Source of the DNA: a virus
Taxonomy: Duplodnaviria; Caudoviricetes
DNA: 57,878 bases
Strand: one strand, 5' to 3'
IMG/VR virus record: IMGVR_UViG_3300022752_000079
Span: 1 to 57,878 of that record
Made by a program: the position numbers and the translations under genes. Below the pieces are notes generated by a model. The model saw only the letters and a list, made by a program, of their open reading frames with translations. It was not told the DNA's origin and did not search any database. Of the stretch, positions 47,760 to 57,017 are shown in pieces. The number at the start of each line of letters is the position of its first letter. The stretch's first letter is position 1.

Positions 47760-47987
47760 TTAATATCCGTAATTAATTTTTATTGATACTGCTTCGTCTT
47801 CAGCATCTTCACCAAATCGATTCTTTAATTTTTTCATAACCTCGATAGCAATATCTGTATCAAATTGACAAATAATATCTGATAACATACTTAAATATTC
47901 ACTATTAGTTGGCAATTGCCCTTGAGCAACCTCACTATTTTCAATAGTCGAAACTATATAGTTTGTTATGGATTCTTTTGTTTTCAT
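47760..47987 (-). CDS. Hypothetical protein
   Basis: ORF sandwiched between two tRNA-like repeats. Confidence 0.6.
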   Translation of the reverse strand: MKTKESITNYIVSTIENSEVAQGQLPTNSEYLSMLSDIICQFDTDIAIEVMKKLKNRFGEDAEDEAVSIKINYGY

Positions 47988-48002
47988 AATTTTATTTTTA
48001 GT

Positions 48003-48127
48003 AGTCAGGACAGGATTCGAACCTGTATATGATACCTTTCATATTATCTACTTAACCATTTAGCTCGGGGTTTTCGAACTTTTTACTGTTAAGTAATTCA
48101 GCGTCTAACCAATTCCGCCACCTGACT
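48003..48127 (-). ncRNA. tRNA-like scaffold repeat, copy C (125 nt)
   Basis: Same ends; insert with TACTTAAC/GTTAAGTA stem. Confidence 0.75.
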
Positions 48128-48160
48128 ATATTTAAGGTTTTCAAAGAACTATATCATCTA

Positions 48161-48252
48161 ACCTTATACTTAAAGATAGAAAGAAAGATTCAAACTACCA
48201 AATTTCCGGCAACTTTTTGCAAATTTTTTCTCATTGATTATCAATAAGTTAT
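48161..48252 (-). promoter_or_regulatory. Early promoter module (TTG...TATCTTTA + upstream TTGATAATCAA box)
   Basis: Repeated at 50717, 52340, 53565, 55340, 56461, 56829, 57413. Confidence 0.7.
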
Positions 48253-48382
48253 GCAACTATGCATTAGAGCTCATCTAAGCACTTTGTTTTAAAAGTATGA
48301 ATATTGATATTTGCCCGGGTTTTTGCACTGTATATAGCTCATTTTCACTGAATTTGACTAAATTGAATGCGTTTACTGTGGT

Positions 48383-48793
48383 TCAATTATCGTAACTTAA
48401 ATAAATAGACTTTACGCATTTTTTATTTTGAAGCGCTTTAATGTATGAATTGATAAACTTGGCTTGTACTGTAGTGTAGTATCGATCAATTTCCGGTGTA
48501 TTCAATTGAAATTGATTCAACATGGATCGCCCATAAACCCAGGCCATCACTTCAATTTCAATGATTTTACATTGCATTTCAGTGGGAGTACTCACTTCAT
48601 AATTATGATTTGAAGTATGCACTACGTGATGACCGAGTTCATGAAGTATAGATATCACCGTTAACAGTTCATTTGAACCGCGTTTATAGAATATGATTTT
48701 ATTGTCAGAATCGTACCCGTAAACGTTAGACTTTTGCAGTGTAACGGCCGGGTACAATTGCTTGATATCGACTATGAGTTTATCGAGCAGCAT
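48383..48793 (-). CDS. HExxH metallopeptidase-like protein (IrrE/ImmA-like)
   Basis: ILHELGH...IEVMAW. Confidence 0.6.
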   Translation of the reverse strand: MLLDKLIVDIKQLYPAVTLQKSNVYGYDSDNKIIFYKRGSNELLTVISILHELGHHVVHTSNHNYEVSTPTEMQCKIIEIEVMAWVYGRSMLNQFQLNTPEIDRYYTTVQAKFINSYIKALQNKKCVKSIYLSYDN

Positions 48794-50711
48794 GCACTTT
48801 TTTCATCAACATGCTATTCAATTGATTTGAAATTGTAATTGCATTGAGGTCATTCATTATTACTGAGGAATTTTCACCGTACATTTTCCTGAACAAATTT
48901 AAGGTGCTATGCGATAAACCTTGACTAATCAAATAACTCATTACAGTTACACCGCAGCGTTTCATTTTATCAATATACTTTGTAGTGGAAATTACAGCCG
49001 CTTTATTGGAAGGTTCACCGTCAGATATATTGATAAAGTACACTTCATTTTTACTCAAATCACGCATCATCGGACTCATAATGGAAGGGAAACACAATCC
49101 TTCCGGAGTACCACCGCTTGGATCAAGTGAATTCAATACAGACAATCCAGTTGCAACATTTTGAGTTTTGGAGTCGTATATTAACACTGAAGTCGGCAAT
49201 TGCAAACTGTATCTAGCAGTAACGTGAACTCGATAAGATTTGAACTTACTGAAACATTGCATGATAGCAGCAGCCAAACACTTGGATTGGTCAATCTTAG
49301 GACCGTTCATTGAACCACTGAAATCGATGGAAATGAAAATGGACACCGGGTCAAAGGAAGTGATTGAAACTCGCTTAAATACCGATTCAACTCCCGTACC
49401 TAATGCAGCAGCCATTCGTCTGTCAAATTTACCGGTAAGCTGTCTGTTTGATACGTCCACTATCGTATCCTGACGCAATTTCATTCGATTAACAAGTTGA
49501 TTGCCTAAGTGAATTCCCTCTTTAATACTAGAACTCAAAGTAGCCTTCAGTACAAATTCGTCTGAGTTATGTTTTTTATTCAATCGACTGACGTATATAT
49601 CATTTCGACCGGCGTCCGAAGTAGGATCAATTATTGCAGACGATAACTCCGGCATAAATTCATTCTGAGTAATATCATAATCCATCAATGTATTGGCATC
49701 GGTATAATCATCGCGGCCGGCCGGCTCATTAGATCTTTCAACCTTACCATCAATGAAGTCTTTCAAACGTTTAATGGCCTTTTCCTCCTCGATGCGATCC
49801 TTACGTCGTTCCGCTTCTGTCTGTGGCTTAGAGGGTTTGCTTGAATTGGAACTACCATTACTTGAATCGCTTGAACTATCACTTGAATCGCTTGAACTAT
49901 CACTTGAATCGCTTGAACTATCGCTTGAATCGGTATTGTCATCACTGGAGTCTTCGCTTGAATCATTATCCGGAGAAGACTGTTTGGGTGATTTACCGGC
50001 ATTACTCTTCTCTTTACCAGCTTTCGTTTCCGGTACAATCTCAGTGGCAAGTATTTTAGCAATTTCAATTGATAGTTGAAACACCTGATTGGTATCAGTG
50101 AATCGAGTAATATTCGGCAAATCAATCATTTGATCAATCTTCGGCAGCAACTTCAATGCAGTCGGATCATACGCCGGGTTGATCATGTTGATCAAATGAA
50201 ACAAATAACTGTCAATAGACTCATCGCGAGTTGACTTCAATTTCCTCGTAATATAGTCATTGTTAAAGAATTGATTCTCCAAAGCCGTATAATACACTCG
50301 ATACCCAGGATTGTTCATTTTCATCAGTGAATCAATTCGACGATCTTCGAGTACGTTCAAAATAGTCTTCAATTGATCAGCCGAAATGCCCGTTACTGTA
50401 TGGTGAGCAATCTTGCGCAATGTCGTGAAGTCGGTATACTTGATATGCGATGCTTCATGCAATGCAATGCCCACAGTAACATCCAAGTTACCACCATGCA
50501 ATTTACCGTCAATCAATATCGACTTACCGTCAGTGCACGACATCGAGTTAATGGAATATTTGACCGGAATGTTTTCACCGGTAGCAATGTTCACGAAGTT
50601 TTTAATAGCCAACCCGTGTTTGATCAACGACTGAACGGCCGTCTCGCGTTCGCTCAATTCATGAGTCTCATCGGACCAGAATCTAGAGCCTGAATTAATA
50701 ATACTTATCAT
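48780..50711 (-). CDS. vWA-domain protein with N-terminal HExxH (CobT-like), partner of the MoxR AAA
   Basis: LHEASH, NVLEDRRI, acidic Ser linker, IDFSGSM, GGTP, ISDGEP. Confidence 0.85.
   Translation of the reverse strand: MISIINSGSRFWSDETHELSERETAVQSLIKHGLAIKNFVNIATGENIPVKYSINSMSCTDGKSILIDGKLHGGNLDVTVGIALHEASHIKYTDFTTLRKIAHHTVTGISADQLKTILNVLEDRRIDSLMKMNNPGYRVYYTALENQFFNNDYITRKLKSTRDESIDSYLFHLINMINPAYDPTALKLLPKIDQMIDLPNITRFTDTNQVFQLSIEIAKILATEIVPETKAGKEKSNAGKSPKQSSPDNDSSEDSSDDNTDSSDSSSDSSDSSSDSSDSSSDSSNGSSNSSKPSKPQTEAERRKDRIEEEKAIKRLKDFIDGKVERSNEPAGRDDYTDANTLMDYDITQNEFMPELSSAIIDPTSDAGRNDIYVSRLNKKHNSDEFVLKATLSSSIKEGIHLGNQLVNRMKLRQDTIVDVSNRQLTGKFDRRMAAALGTGVESVFKRVSITSFDPVSIFISIDFSGSMNGPKIDQSKCLAAAIMQCFSKFKSYRVHVTARYSLQLPTSVLIYDSKTQNVATGLSVLNSLDPSGGTPEGLCFPSIMSPMMRDLSKNEVYFINISDGEPSNKAAVISTTKYIDKMKRCGVTVMSYLISQGLSHSTLNLFRKMYGENSSVIMNDLNAITISNQLNSMLMKKVHAAR
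49859..49930. repeat. 21-bp coding tandem repeat (SSDSSDS linker)
   Basis: cttgaatcgcttgaactatca units. Confidence 0.85.
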
Positions 50712-50845
50712 ATACTTAAAGATAGGTAATTATCTCGTAAAAAACAAGTGTTTTTGAAATTCTTTCGCATTGATTATCAATAAGTTATAATCGATTGATT
50801 ATCAAGTAGTTATGCGAAGCTGCCGGCCCGGAGGGCCTGATGTAA
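50711..50845 (-). promoter_or_regulatory. Early promoter module with tandem operator boxes and GC-rich element
   Basis: TATCTTTA-AGTAT-ATG; TTGATTATCAA at 50770 and 50795. Confidence 0.7.
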
Positions 50846-50902
50846 GGGCCGCCAGCACACATATAGCGACCGGCGACCCATAACCAACCAACCAAATCTT
50901 TA

Positions 50903-52027
50903 TTAGAACGGAGCATTTACTGCTGCCGGGGTAACTTCCACTTCAGGAGTCTTAATCACATCCTGATGTTTTTGAACCAACTGCTTGATAAAGGTTCTTT
51001 CGGAATTGACACCACCACTCGGATCATACATTGGGAAGAAAGCAACCTCAGCAATTTCAGTCAAACTGAACCCGTCAATTGCGAGCCCGGCAGCTTCAAC
51101 CGTCATTCGAGTTGAGATAGCCGTCTGAATTTTCGGGTTGGAATTGGTCAACTCTTTTCTGGTAGAGTTGGCAATATCGGCAATCGCATCAGCAATTGAC
51201 TGATTGAGCCCGGGAGTAACCGACATCAAATATTTAGATTCCTGTGAAGCAGTCATGTATTCCATTTCCACTTCAACGAATCGATCTCGCAACGCTCTAT
51301 CCAAAGTTCTGGTAGCTACATATTCAGTACCAATGTTAGCCGTAGCAATAATACATACCCCTTTAGCGACCGGTACAGTGGGTGAATCCGGATGTTCATC
51401 CAATCGCAGATATCGTTGAGTTTCATCGAGAACCGGCATAAGAATATTGGAACCGTCATCATTGATTCGAGTAAGCTCATCCAACAAAATAACGGCATTC
51501 TCAGTTTGAATTGCACTCACAAACATGGACTGCGAAAAATAGGTCCCGGAGTCCTTTTTAAAGTGAGTGGTACCAATCAATGTGGACCTGGGATCCTGAG
51601 TAGCACCCATATTGAAGTAGTAAAACGGACGGTTAAGCATTGAAGCTACAATCTTCGCAACCTTTGTTTTACCAGTTCCGGTGGGACCGGTCATCATGAT
51701 ATTTTTACCGCGAGCTACTGCACGAACCAAATAACGCCACTTGAGATCGGAAATTACAAATTCCTTCGGTCTCTTAGTGGATCTGATCAACGATTGAACT
51801 TCAGACATTTCGACCGGAGCCTGCTTGGTGGCTGCCAAATTGATTGATTCAGTAGCAGTAGCTTGACCGGACTGCGATTGACTGTCGAAATCCCATGTAA
51901 TAACAGAATTTCGATTTTGCTGTCGAACAGGCTGCGGGATCAATTTGGTTACATCCTTGCCAGTTTCACTGCAATAAGCTTTGATAAAGCGACCTTCTTG
52001 AACGATTCTTACTTGTTTCTGTGACAT
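50903..52027 (-). CDS. MoxR-family AAA+ ATPase (CbbQ/NirQ/CobS-like)
   Basis: GPTGTGKT, ILLDELTR, ATAN, LDRALRDRF, ISTR. Confidence 0.88.
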   Translation of the reverse strand: MSQKQVRIVQEGRFIKAYCSETGKDVTKLIPQPVRQQNRNSVITWDFDSQSQSGQATATESINLAATKQAPVEMSEVQSLIRSTKRPKEFVISDLKWRYLVRAVARGKNIMMTGPTGTGKTKVAKIVASMLNRPFYYFNMGATQDPRSTLIGTTHFKKDSGTYFSQSMFVSAIQTENAVILLDELTRINDDGSNILMPVLDETQRYLRLDEHPDSPTVPVAKGVCIIATANIGTEYVATRTLDRALRDRFVEVEMEYMTASQESKYLMSVTPGLNQSIADAIADIANSTRKELTNSNPKIQTAISTRMTVEAAGLAIDGFSLTEIAEVAFFPMYDPSGGVNSERTFIKQLVQKHQDVIKTPEVEVTPAAVNAPF

Positions 52028-52056
52028 AGTGGTTGGGTTTACTTGGTTTTGGTTAA

Positions 52057-52320
52057 TTACTTGGTCAAACGATACTGATAATGCGATCCTTTGTTAACGA
52101 CATTCAGGAAAAGAGCATTTCTTTCAGTGGAAATGAACATCTTCTCAACTTTAAGTCGATTAGCCGATAGCTCCGCCTCGATACTCGACACGAGATTATT
52201 GGTATTGCCGGCTTGAACGTTGCCTCGTTCCCGGGCAATTGCATTCTCGATAATGAAATCTGCCTTTTTGGCCAGGTTTTTTGAGCTATCTGTGAAGCTC
52301 GGGGTCGGGTTGGTTGCCAT
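52057..52320 (-). CDS. Hypothetical protein
   Basis: ORF after early promoter. Confidence 0.6.
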   Translation of the reverse strand: MATNPTPSFTDSSKNLAKKADFIIENAIARERGNVQAGNTNNLVSSIEAELSANRLKVEKMFISTERNALFLNVVNKGSHYQYRLTK

Positions 52321-52332
52321 ATATCTAACTAT

Positions 52333-52440
52333 TTATACTTAAAGATAGGAAGAAAGGTTGAATAAAACAAGACCTGAATGAAATTTTTTCGCATTGATTA
52401 TCAATAAGTTATAATCGATTGATTATCAATAAGTTATGCA
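52333..52440 (-). promoter_or_regulatory. Early promoter module with tandem operator boxes
   Basis: TATCTTTA at 52340-52347; boxes at 52394 and 52419. Confidence 0.7.
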
Positions 52441-52570
52441 AAATGAGCTAATTCTTAATGCACAATGTATATGATACCCATTATAAAGATAAAGAATGCA
52501 GCCATTACTAAACAGCCGAAGAGTTCCTGTACAAATTCTTTGTCGGTCATATGATTGGTTTTAAGAGTTT

Positions 52571-53548
52571 TTATTGTTCAGTTTCTGATTCAAGTCGATA
52601 TACTACATGTAGTATGAATTTCGTATCATCCACAGACTTGAGTACCTGCGTCGCAGTAACTGCGACCCAAACGAGGTGCTCAAAGGCAACTCTACCGTGA
52701 GTCAAAGGGTTATGTATAATGTACACTTGCATATCCTTAGGCTTGCCGGAAACTGAATAAGTGAAAGTTCGACTTGGAGCATGATATGATAATGCAGGAT
52801 CCTGCATCAAAATCTCAGTAACCATAGCTTCCGGGATCCGCTTAGCATTTACTGTAGCCGGTGTATCAGGCTTTGCTTCACTTAAATCAGACTTGCCATC
52901 AAATAAAGACTTCACGTGTTTAATGATATCATGTCCATTTTTAGTGTATCGACCGAACAGTCGAACGTCATTAAGCTCCCATTCAATTTCACCTAACTGC
53001 TGGAACTTGTTAGCCAATTCCAATTTGAACCTGCTTACGTCATTCTTATCTTTCACGTACGGAATACCAGTTCTACTAGCACAAACCGGTCCAACTCCAG
53101 TAGCAATTGACCTCCAATCAGTTAATGATGATCCGCAGCAAATACACATTGACAGGTTGTCAACTCTAGGCACCAGCTTCACTGTAATTCGATTGCTATT
53201 ACTGCTTTTTTTAACTTGAATTATATTGTACGTGAATATGAGCAGCTGCTTTGTGATGCTGGCGTTTTGATATTTTGCAATAAGTACTTTAGCAGTCTTT
53301 CGATTGCAATCCAACGGAATATTGCAGTTCCATACCTTTACCGAATCAGTACTTGCCGGAGTGGTATCACCGGACTTACGAATTCTGTTGGAATTTCTGA
53401 CAAACTTGGCTACTGCTGTCCACTGTCGAGGCGTCAGTCTATTGAATTTCTGATAATATTGCAGTACACTATTGAGATACTCGTGCGAGCCTGCATTCTG
53501 TTTCAACCAATCTATTAAGCCGGATTCAGTGGATATTGCCTGATTCAT
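52571..53548 (-). CDS. DUF6011-like zinc-binding protein
   Basis: CICCGSSLTDWRSIATGVGPVCA. Confidence 0.65.
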   Translation of the reverse strand: MNQAISTESGLIDWLKQNAGSHEYLNSVLQYYQKFNRLTPRQWTAVAKFVRNSNRIRKSGDTTPASTDSVKVWNCNIPLDCNRKTAKVLIAKYQNASITKQLLIFTYNIIQVKKSSNSNRITVKLVPRVDNLSMCICCGSSLTDWRSIATGVGPVCASRTGIPYVKDKNDVSRFKLELANKFQQLGEIEWELNDVRLFGRYTKNGHDIIKHVKSLFDGKSDLSEAKPDTPATVNAKRIPEAMVTEILMQDPALSYHAPSRTFTYSVSGKPKDMQVYIIHNPLTHGRVAFEHLVWVAVTATQVLKSVDDTKFILHVVYRLESETEQ

Positions 53549-53625
53549 ATTATTAACTTATACTTAAAGATAGGAAGAAAGATTCAAACGAACAAGAACT
53601 TATGAAAATTCTTTCGAATTGATTA

Positions 53626-53952
53626 TCAAGCAGTTATAGAGCGTACGTGTTTGCAGTCTCTTCTGAACCCAAAACCTGTGCAATTACAGGACTTTATACC
53701 ATTTACTACAGTAACCGTATACATTTTTGACCCGTCACTCGATTTGACTGAATGAATCGCATCTTTGATATTGCTCTTAGGACGGCTAGGTTTTACCCAT
53801 TTTGCTCGAATTTCTTCTAGAGTTATATTGGGTTTAGCAGTATACCATTTGCCCCCTACGACCGCCCAACGCTGTCCTTTTGCATTTTCGTAATAGGTAG
53901 GCGGGTACACGTCAACTACCTGATCAATTTGATCCCATTCAAACTCACTCAT
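53626..53952 (-). CDS. SWIM zinc-finger protein
   Basis: YTV...SCNCTGF.FRRDCKH. Confidence 0.75.
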   Translation of the reverse strand: MSEFEWDQIDQVVDVYPPTYYENAKGQRWAVVGGKWYTAKPNITLEEIRAKWVKPSRPKSNIKDAIHSVKSSDGSKMYTVTVVNGIKSCNCTGFGFRRDCKHVRSITA

Positions 53953-54164
53953 TCAATAACAATTTCAAGGTCCTCACTGGCAACAATTACTGCGAGTTCC
54001 TCGCGATCTCTAAGCAATTTCATTTTCCTGTTCATTGCAAATTCCGGGGAGATGAACTTACCATACGAAGCCTGTTTCTCGCGAAGCTCATACAGAGTTT
54101 TACCGTTAACTGTAACCGGGATAATGGAAAATGAATCTTTCACTTTGGTTTTGATAGGCTTCAT
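53949..54164 (-). CDS. Hypothetical protein (start revised to MKPIKT)
   Basis: ORF. Confidence 0.5.
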   Translation of the reverse strand: MKPIKTKVKDSFSIIPVTVNGKTLYELREKQASYGKFISPEFAMNRKMKLLRDREELAVIVASEDLEIVIE

Positions 54165-54251
54165 TGTAAAATGTATATTAAAATTGAAATAAAAACGATT
54201 GAGGTGATCAGTACCACACAATGCATCAGGATCGTATGCAACACATCTCTT

Positions 54252-54428
54252 TTAGTCATTACCTAACAACTTAAGAAATTGATCACACTCTTCAGGAGTC
54301 ATAGCATCAACCAGCTCCATGAGTTCTAGCATATCAGTTATATTGCAATGACCATGCATTTCAATCTGCTTGTTACATTCATTCTGCAACTCAGCCGCTC
54401 TACGAGCTCTTTTGCTTATCTTGTCCAT
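54252..54428 (-). CDS. Hypothetical protein (start probably MDKISK)
   Basis: ORF. Confidence 0.5.
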   Translation of the reverse strand: MDKISKRARRAAELQNECNKQIEMHGHCNITDMLELMELVDAMTPEECDQFLKLLGND

Positions 54429-54429
54429 G

Positions 54430-54609
54430 TTATTTGGATTTATTGACTTCTTGCCGGCCAGACTCGAGAGATTCAATTGCAGTCTTGATAGTGCCCTCCA
54501 AATAACCTACAATAAAAGCACGGTCTTTGCCTTCAGCCCAATACGCATTTGCGAAATCTAAGTGTTTTTTGAGCATACTAATTATATACTCGCGTTCAAA
54601 ATCATTCAT
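54430..54609 (-). CDS. Hypothetical protein (start probably MNDFER)
   Basis: ORF. Confidence 0.5.
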   Translation of the reverse strand: MNDFEREYIISMLKKHLDFANAYWAEGKDRAFIVGYLEGTIKTAIESLESGRQEVNKSK

Positions 54610-54659
54610 ATTGATTTGGTTTGGTTTTAAAATTTTATAAAAATTCAACAATTACCCGA

Positions 54660-55334
54660 TTAAAACTTTTGAACTGAAAACCAGCTTGAGTCATTTGCAA
54701 AAGGTTCTTTTTTGCAACTTCTGATCTTAACACCCTTAAGCAATGTTACGTCGATGAATTCAGATGCCTTTTCAGCAGATACTTGTTTTGGGAAAGACAC
54801 TAAAGGCACTTCTACATTGAACTGACTTGTGATTGAATCAATTTGCTTTTGAAACTCTTCAATAGTCGCTCTTCTATAATTGCTCTTTTTACTATCATAA
54901 ATGTTAGTATTTGGATAATAAAAAGGAACATATACTACCTTATATTCATCAAGCGAATTCAAGCAAGCGATCAACTTTTGATTTGACCCGCCGGATTTTA
55001 TCAATTCGCGAATAGCATCGCGATCTACCACAAAATCAGTTACAGTGACCATTGCATCCGATGCTTCCGGCTTAGGAGCATCTTCGGCAGTTTTTCCGGC
55101 TGTATTTAGAACTTTTCCAACATCAAATTTTGCATTGCGAGACTTTGCATTAAAGTCATTCAGATGATTTTTAATGATCCAAGTCGGGATGCCGGAATTT
55201 TTGCTCAATACACTTTTAGGAATCCACATCTTTAAGGTTTTCGTCGCATACGCATAAGGGATATGCACGAACGAAGCCTTTTCTGTTTCTTTTTCAATCG
55301 AAAAATTGACTATGATATCTAACTGCTTATCCAT
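54660..55334 (-). CDS. Hypothetical protein (start revised to MDKQLD; leaderless)
   Basis: ATG lies 5 nt after the TATCTTTA box. Confidence 0.6.
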   Translation of the reverse strand: MDKQLDIIVNFSIEKETEKASFVHIPYAYATKTLKMWIPKSVLSKNSGIPTWIIKNHLNDFNAKSRNAKFDVGKVLNTAGKTAEDAPKPEASDAMVTVTDFVVDRDAIRELIKSGGSNQKLIACLNSLDEYKVVYVPFYYPNTNIYDSKKSNYRRATIEEFQKQIDSITSQFNVEVPLVSFPKQVSAEKASEFIDVTLLKGVKIRSCKKEPFANDSSWFSVQKF

Positions 55335-55476
55335 ATACTTAAAGATAGGAAGAATGATTGAAAAAAACAAGCAGTTTGATAACTTTTTTTCAAAAAAACG
55401 TGTAAAAACTTAACTAATTGATTATCAATAAGTTATGCGAGGCTGCCGGCCCGGCCGGCCCGGAGGGCCTGATGTG
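55335..55476 (-). promoter_or_regulatory. Early promoter module with operator box and GC-rich element
   Basis: Same architecture as 50711-50845. Confidence 0.7.
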
Positions 55477-55489
55477 CAAGTTAATGTAG

Positions 55490-55515
55490 AAAAGGGCCGA
55501 GTTGCCTCGCGCCCT
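55490..55515 (-). terminator. Probable intrinsic terminator
   Basis: GC hairpin followed by a U-run on the minus strand. Confidence 0.5.
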
Positions 55516-55539
55516 GTACTCGATTAAATCGAGCCGTAA

Positions 55540-55770
55540 TTACCAAACTTTAGCTCGAATTGGCTCAAAAGTATTCATTCGAATCTTAGGATCATACCCG
55601 GCTCGTTCCACTGCCTGACGATGCGACAGTTTGAGTTTTGCCAATTCGAACTTTTCGAGTTCACTTTTCTTCCAACGTTCTGCTGACGGTCTCGGGTTTA
55701 GAACCTGAGCGTTAATTTCTTTTTGAATCTCCCGACGGAGTTGATCGTAATTACCAGATTTAATTTTCAT
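55540..55770 (-). CDS. Hypothetical protein
   Basis: ORF. Confidence 0.55.
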   Translation of the reverse strand: MKIKSGNYDQLRREIQKEINAQVLNPRPSAERWKKSELEKFELAKLKLSHRQAVERAGYDPKIRMNTFEPIRAKVW

Positions 55771-56015
55771 ACAAACTTGATTTCGTTTTCGAGAGTTACA
55801 GTGCCTTGATACAATTTAAATGGATTTTCCGGATTAAATAAATGGAACTTATCAGAATAATACACGCATCCAGTTAAATTGACTACTTTATACCTATCTT
55901 TAAAAACTGACGGACCCAATACCAATACTATGCAGGAATCATCAGTCATAAGCACCGGGTAGTTCATCATTTCCGGTATTGAATTTACATTATTAGATTT
56001 GGTTACTTTTATCAT
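55767..56015 (-). CDS. Hypothetical protein
   Basis: ORF. Confidence 0.55.
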   Translation of the reverse strand: MIKVTKSNNVNSIPEMMNYPVLMTDDSCIVLVLGPSVFKDRYKVVNLTGCVYYSDKFHLFNPENPFKLYQGTVTLENEIKFV

Positions 56016-56035
56016 TGATTTGATTTGAGATATTG

Positions 56036-56068
56036 AAAAAAGGGAAGCCGGCCGGCAAGCCGACTTCT
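56036..56068 (-). terminator. Probable intrinsic terminator
   Basis: GAAGTCGGC...GCCGGCTTC-CC-TTTTTT. Confidence 0.55.
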
Positions 56069-56088
56069 AAATATAATACCCGTACTGA

Positions 56089-56439
56089 CTACGCAGTGAC
56101 AACGGCGGGTTCGGTACCTGCTTCAATTGTGGCACCGGTATCTGGATCAACAATATTCATTTGCTCAAGCATCCATTCTGCAAACTCGCGATACACTCGA
56201 CGAGTCAAGATAACTTCACCTGACTTTGAAAGGAACTCGCAGGTCAATCGACGGCCGGTCTTATTCTCAGCCGTTATTCGAAATCCGGTCGTATCATTAA
56301 CGGCCCATTTGTTTTTCTCAGTAGGCCTAGTATATAGAGTCATCGGTGTCTCAACACCAAACTGCATACCTACTTTCAAATCATACCCCTCGAATTTACC
56401 GAATCGAGTCATTCGTCGTGTTACTGGTTTACTTGCCAT
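56089..56439 (-). CDS. Hypothetical protein
   Basis: ORF with its own promoter and terminator. Confidence 0.65.
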   Translation of the reverse strand: MASKPVTRRMTRFGKFEGYDLKVGMQFGVETPMTLYTRPTEKNKWAVNDTTGFRITAENKTGRRLTCEFLSKSGEVILTRRVYREFAEWMLEQMNIVDPDTGATIEAGTEPAVVTA

Positions 56440-56493
56440 TTGTCAATTTTTATTTATAATTAAAGATAAGAAAAATACTTGAAAGAAACAAGA

Positions 56494-56802
56494 TTATTTG
56501 CAGGAAAATTTCAATGCAGTATCACCCCATGACATCGACTCCAGGTTCACTGAATAGGTCTTCCTACCAACTTTAATTGCCGGATTTTTTGCAACATACG
56601 ACTTCATCGATTTCAACTGAGATTCAGTGAAAGATTCGAGCCAAAACTTGCTTCGTGCACCGTAAGTTCTTTGCTCTGTATATACAGTCGCATAATACGG
56701 CTTCTGATTAACGGTTGCCGATTTCAACATTGCATTGCGGTACTCCGCGATAACCGGTACGAGCTTCGTATACTCGGTCTTTGTAATTGGGTTGGTTTTC
56801 AT
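56494..56802 (-). CDS. Hypothetical protein
   Basis: ORF after early promoter. Confidence 0.6.
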   Translation of the reverse strand: MKTNPITKTEYTKLVPVIAEYRNAMLKSATVNQKPYYATVYTEQRTYGARSKFWLESFTESQLKSMKSYVAKNPAIKVGRKTYSVNLESMSWGDTALKFSCK

Positions 56803-56918
56803 AAATGCTTTTTAATTAACCTTATACTTAAAGATAGATAAAATACTTGAAATAAACAAGCAGTTTGATAACTTTTTTTACAAAAAACTTAATTCATTGA
56901 TTATCAATAAGTTATAGC

Positions 56919-57005
56919 AGTCAGGACAGGATTCGAACCTGTTAGGAGTTATTGACTATTACCTCCGCCGCTCACTCGGTGCGTCTACCATTCCGCCACC
57001 TGACT
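56919..57005 (-). ncRNA. tRNA-like scaffold repeat, copy D (87 nt)
   Basis: Same ends; anticodon arm reduced to CCG-AGTGAG-CGG. Confidence 0.75.
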
Positions 57006-57017
57006 ATGTCGGTTGCA

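Noticed and set aside
49840-49965. Possible CRISPR-like repeat
   Set aside because: Spacer-less 21-bp in-frame tandem repeat encoding a Ser/Asp linker
1021-56482. Plus-strand ORFs in the track (e.g. 1021-1518, 30507-31076, 56033-56482)
   Set aside because: Antisense shadows of well-supported minus-strand genes, with no recognisable motifs
46191-57005. Scaffold repeats as ordinary tRNA-Leu genes or a CRISPR array
   Set aside because: No canonical anticodon arm in any copy; dispersed rather than tandem; no cas genes
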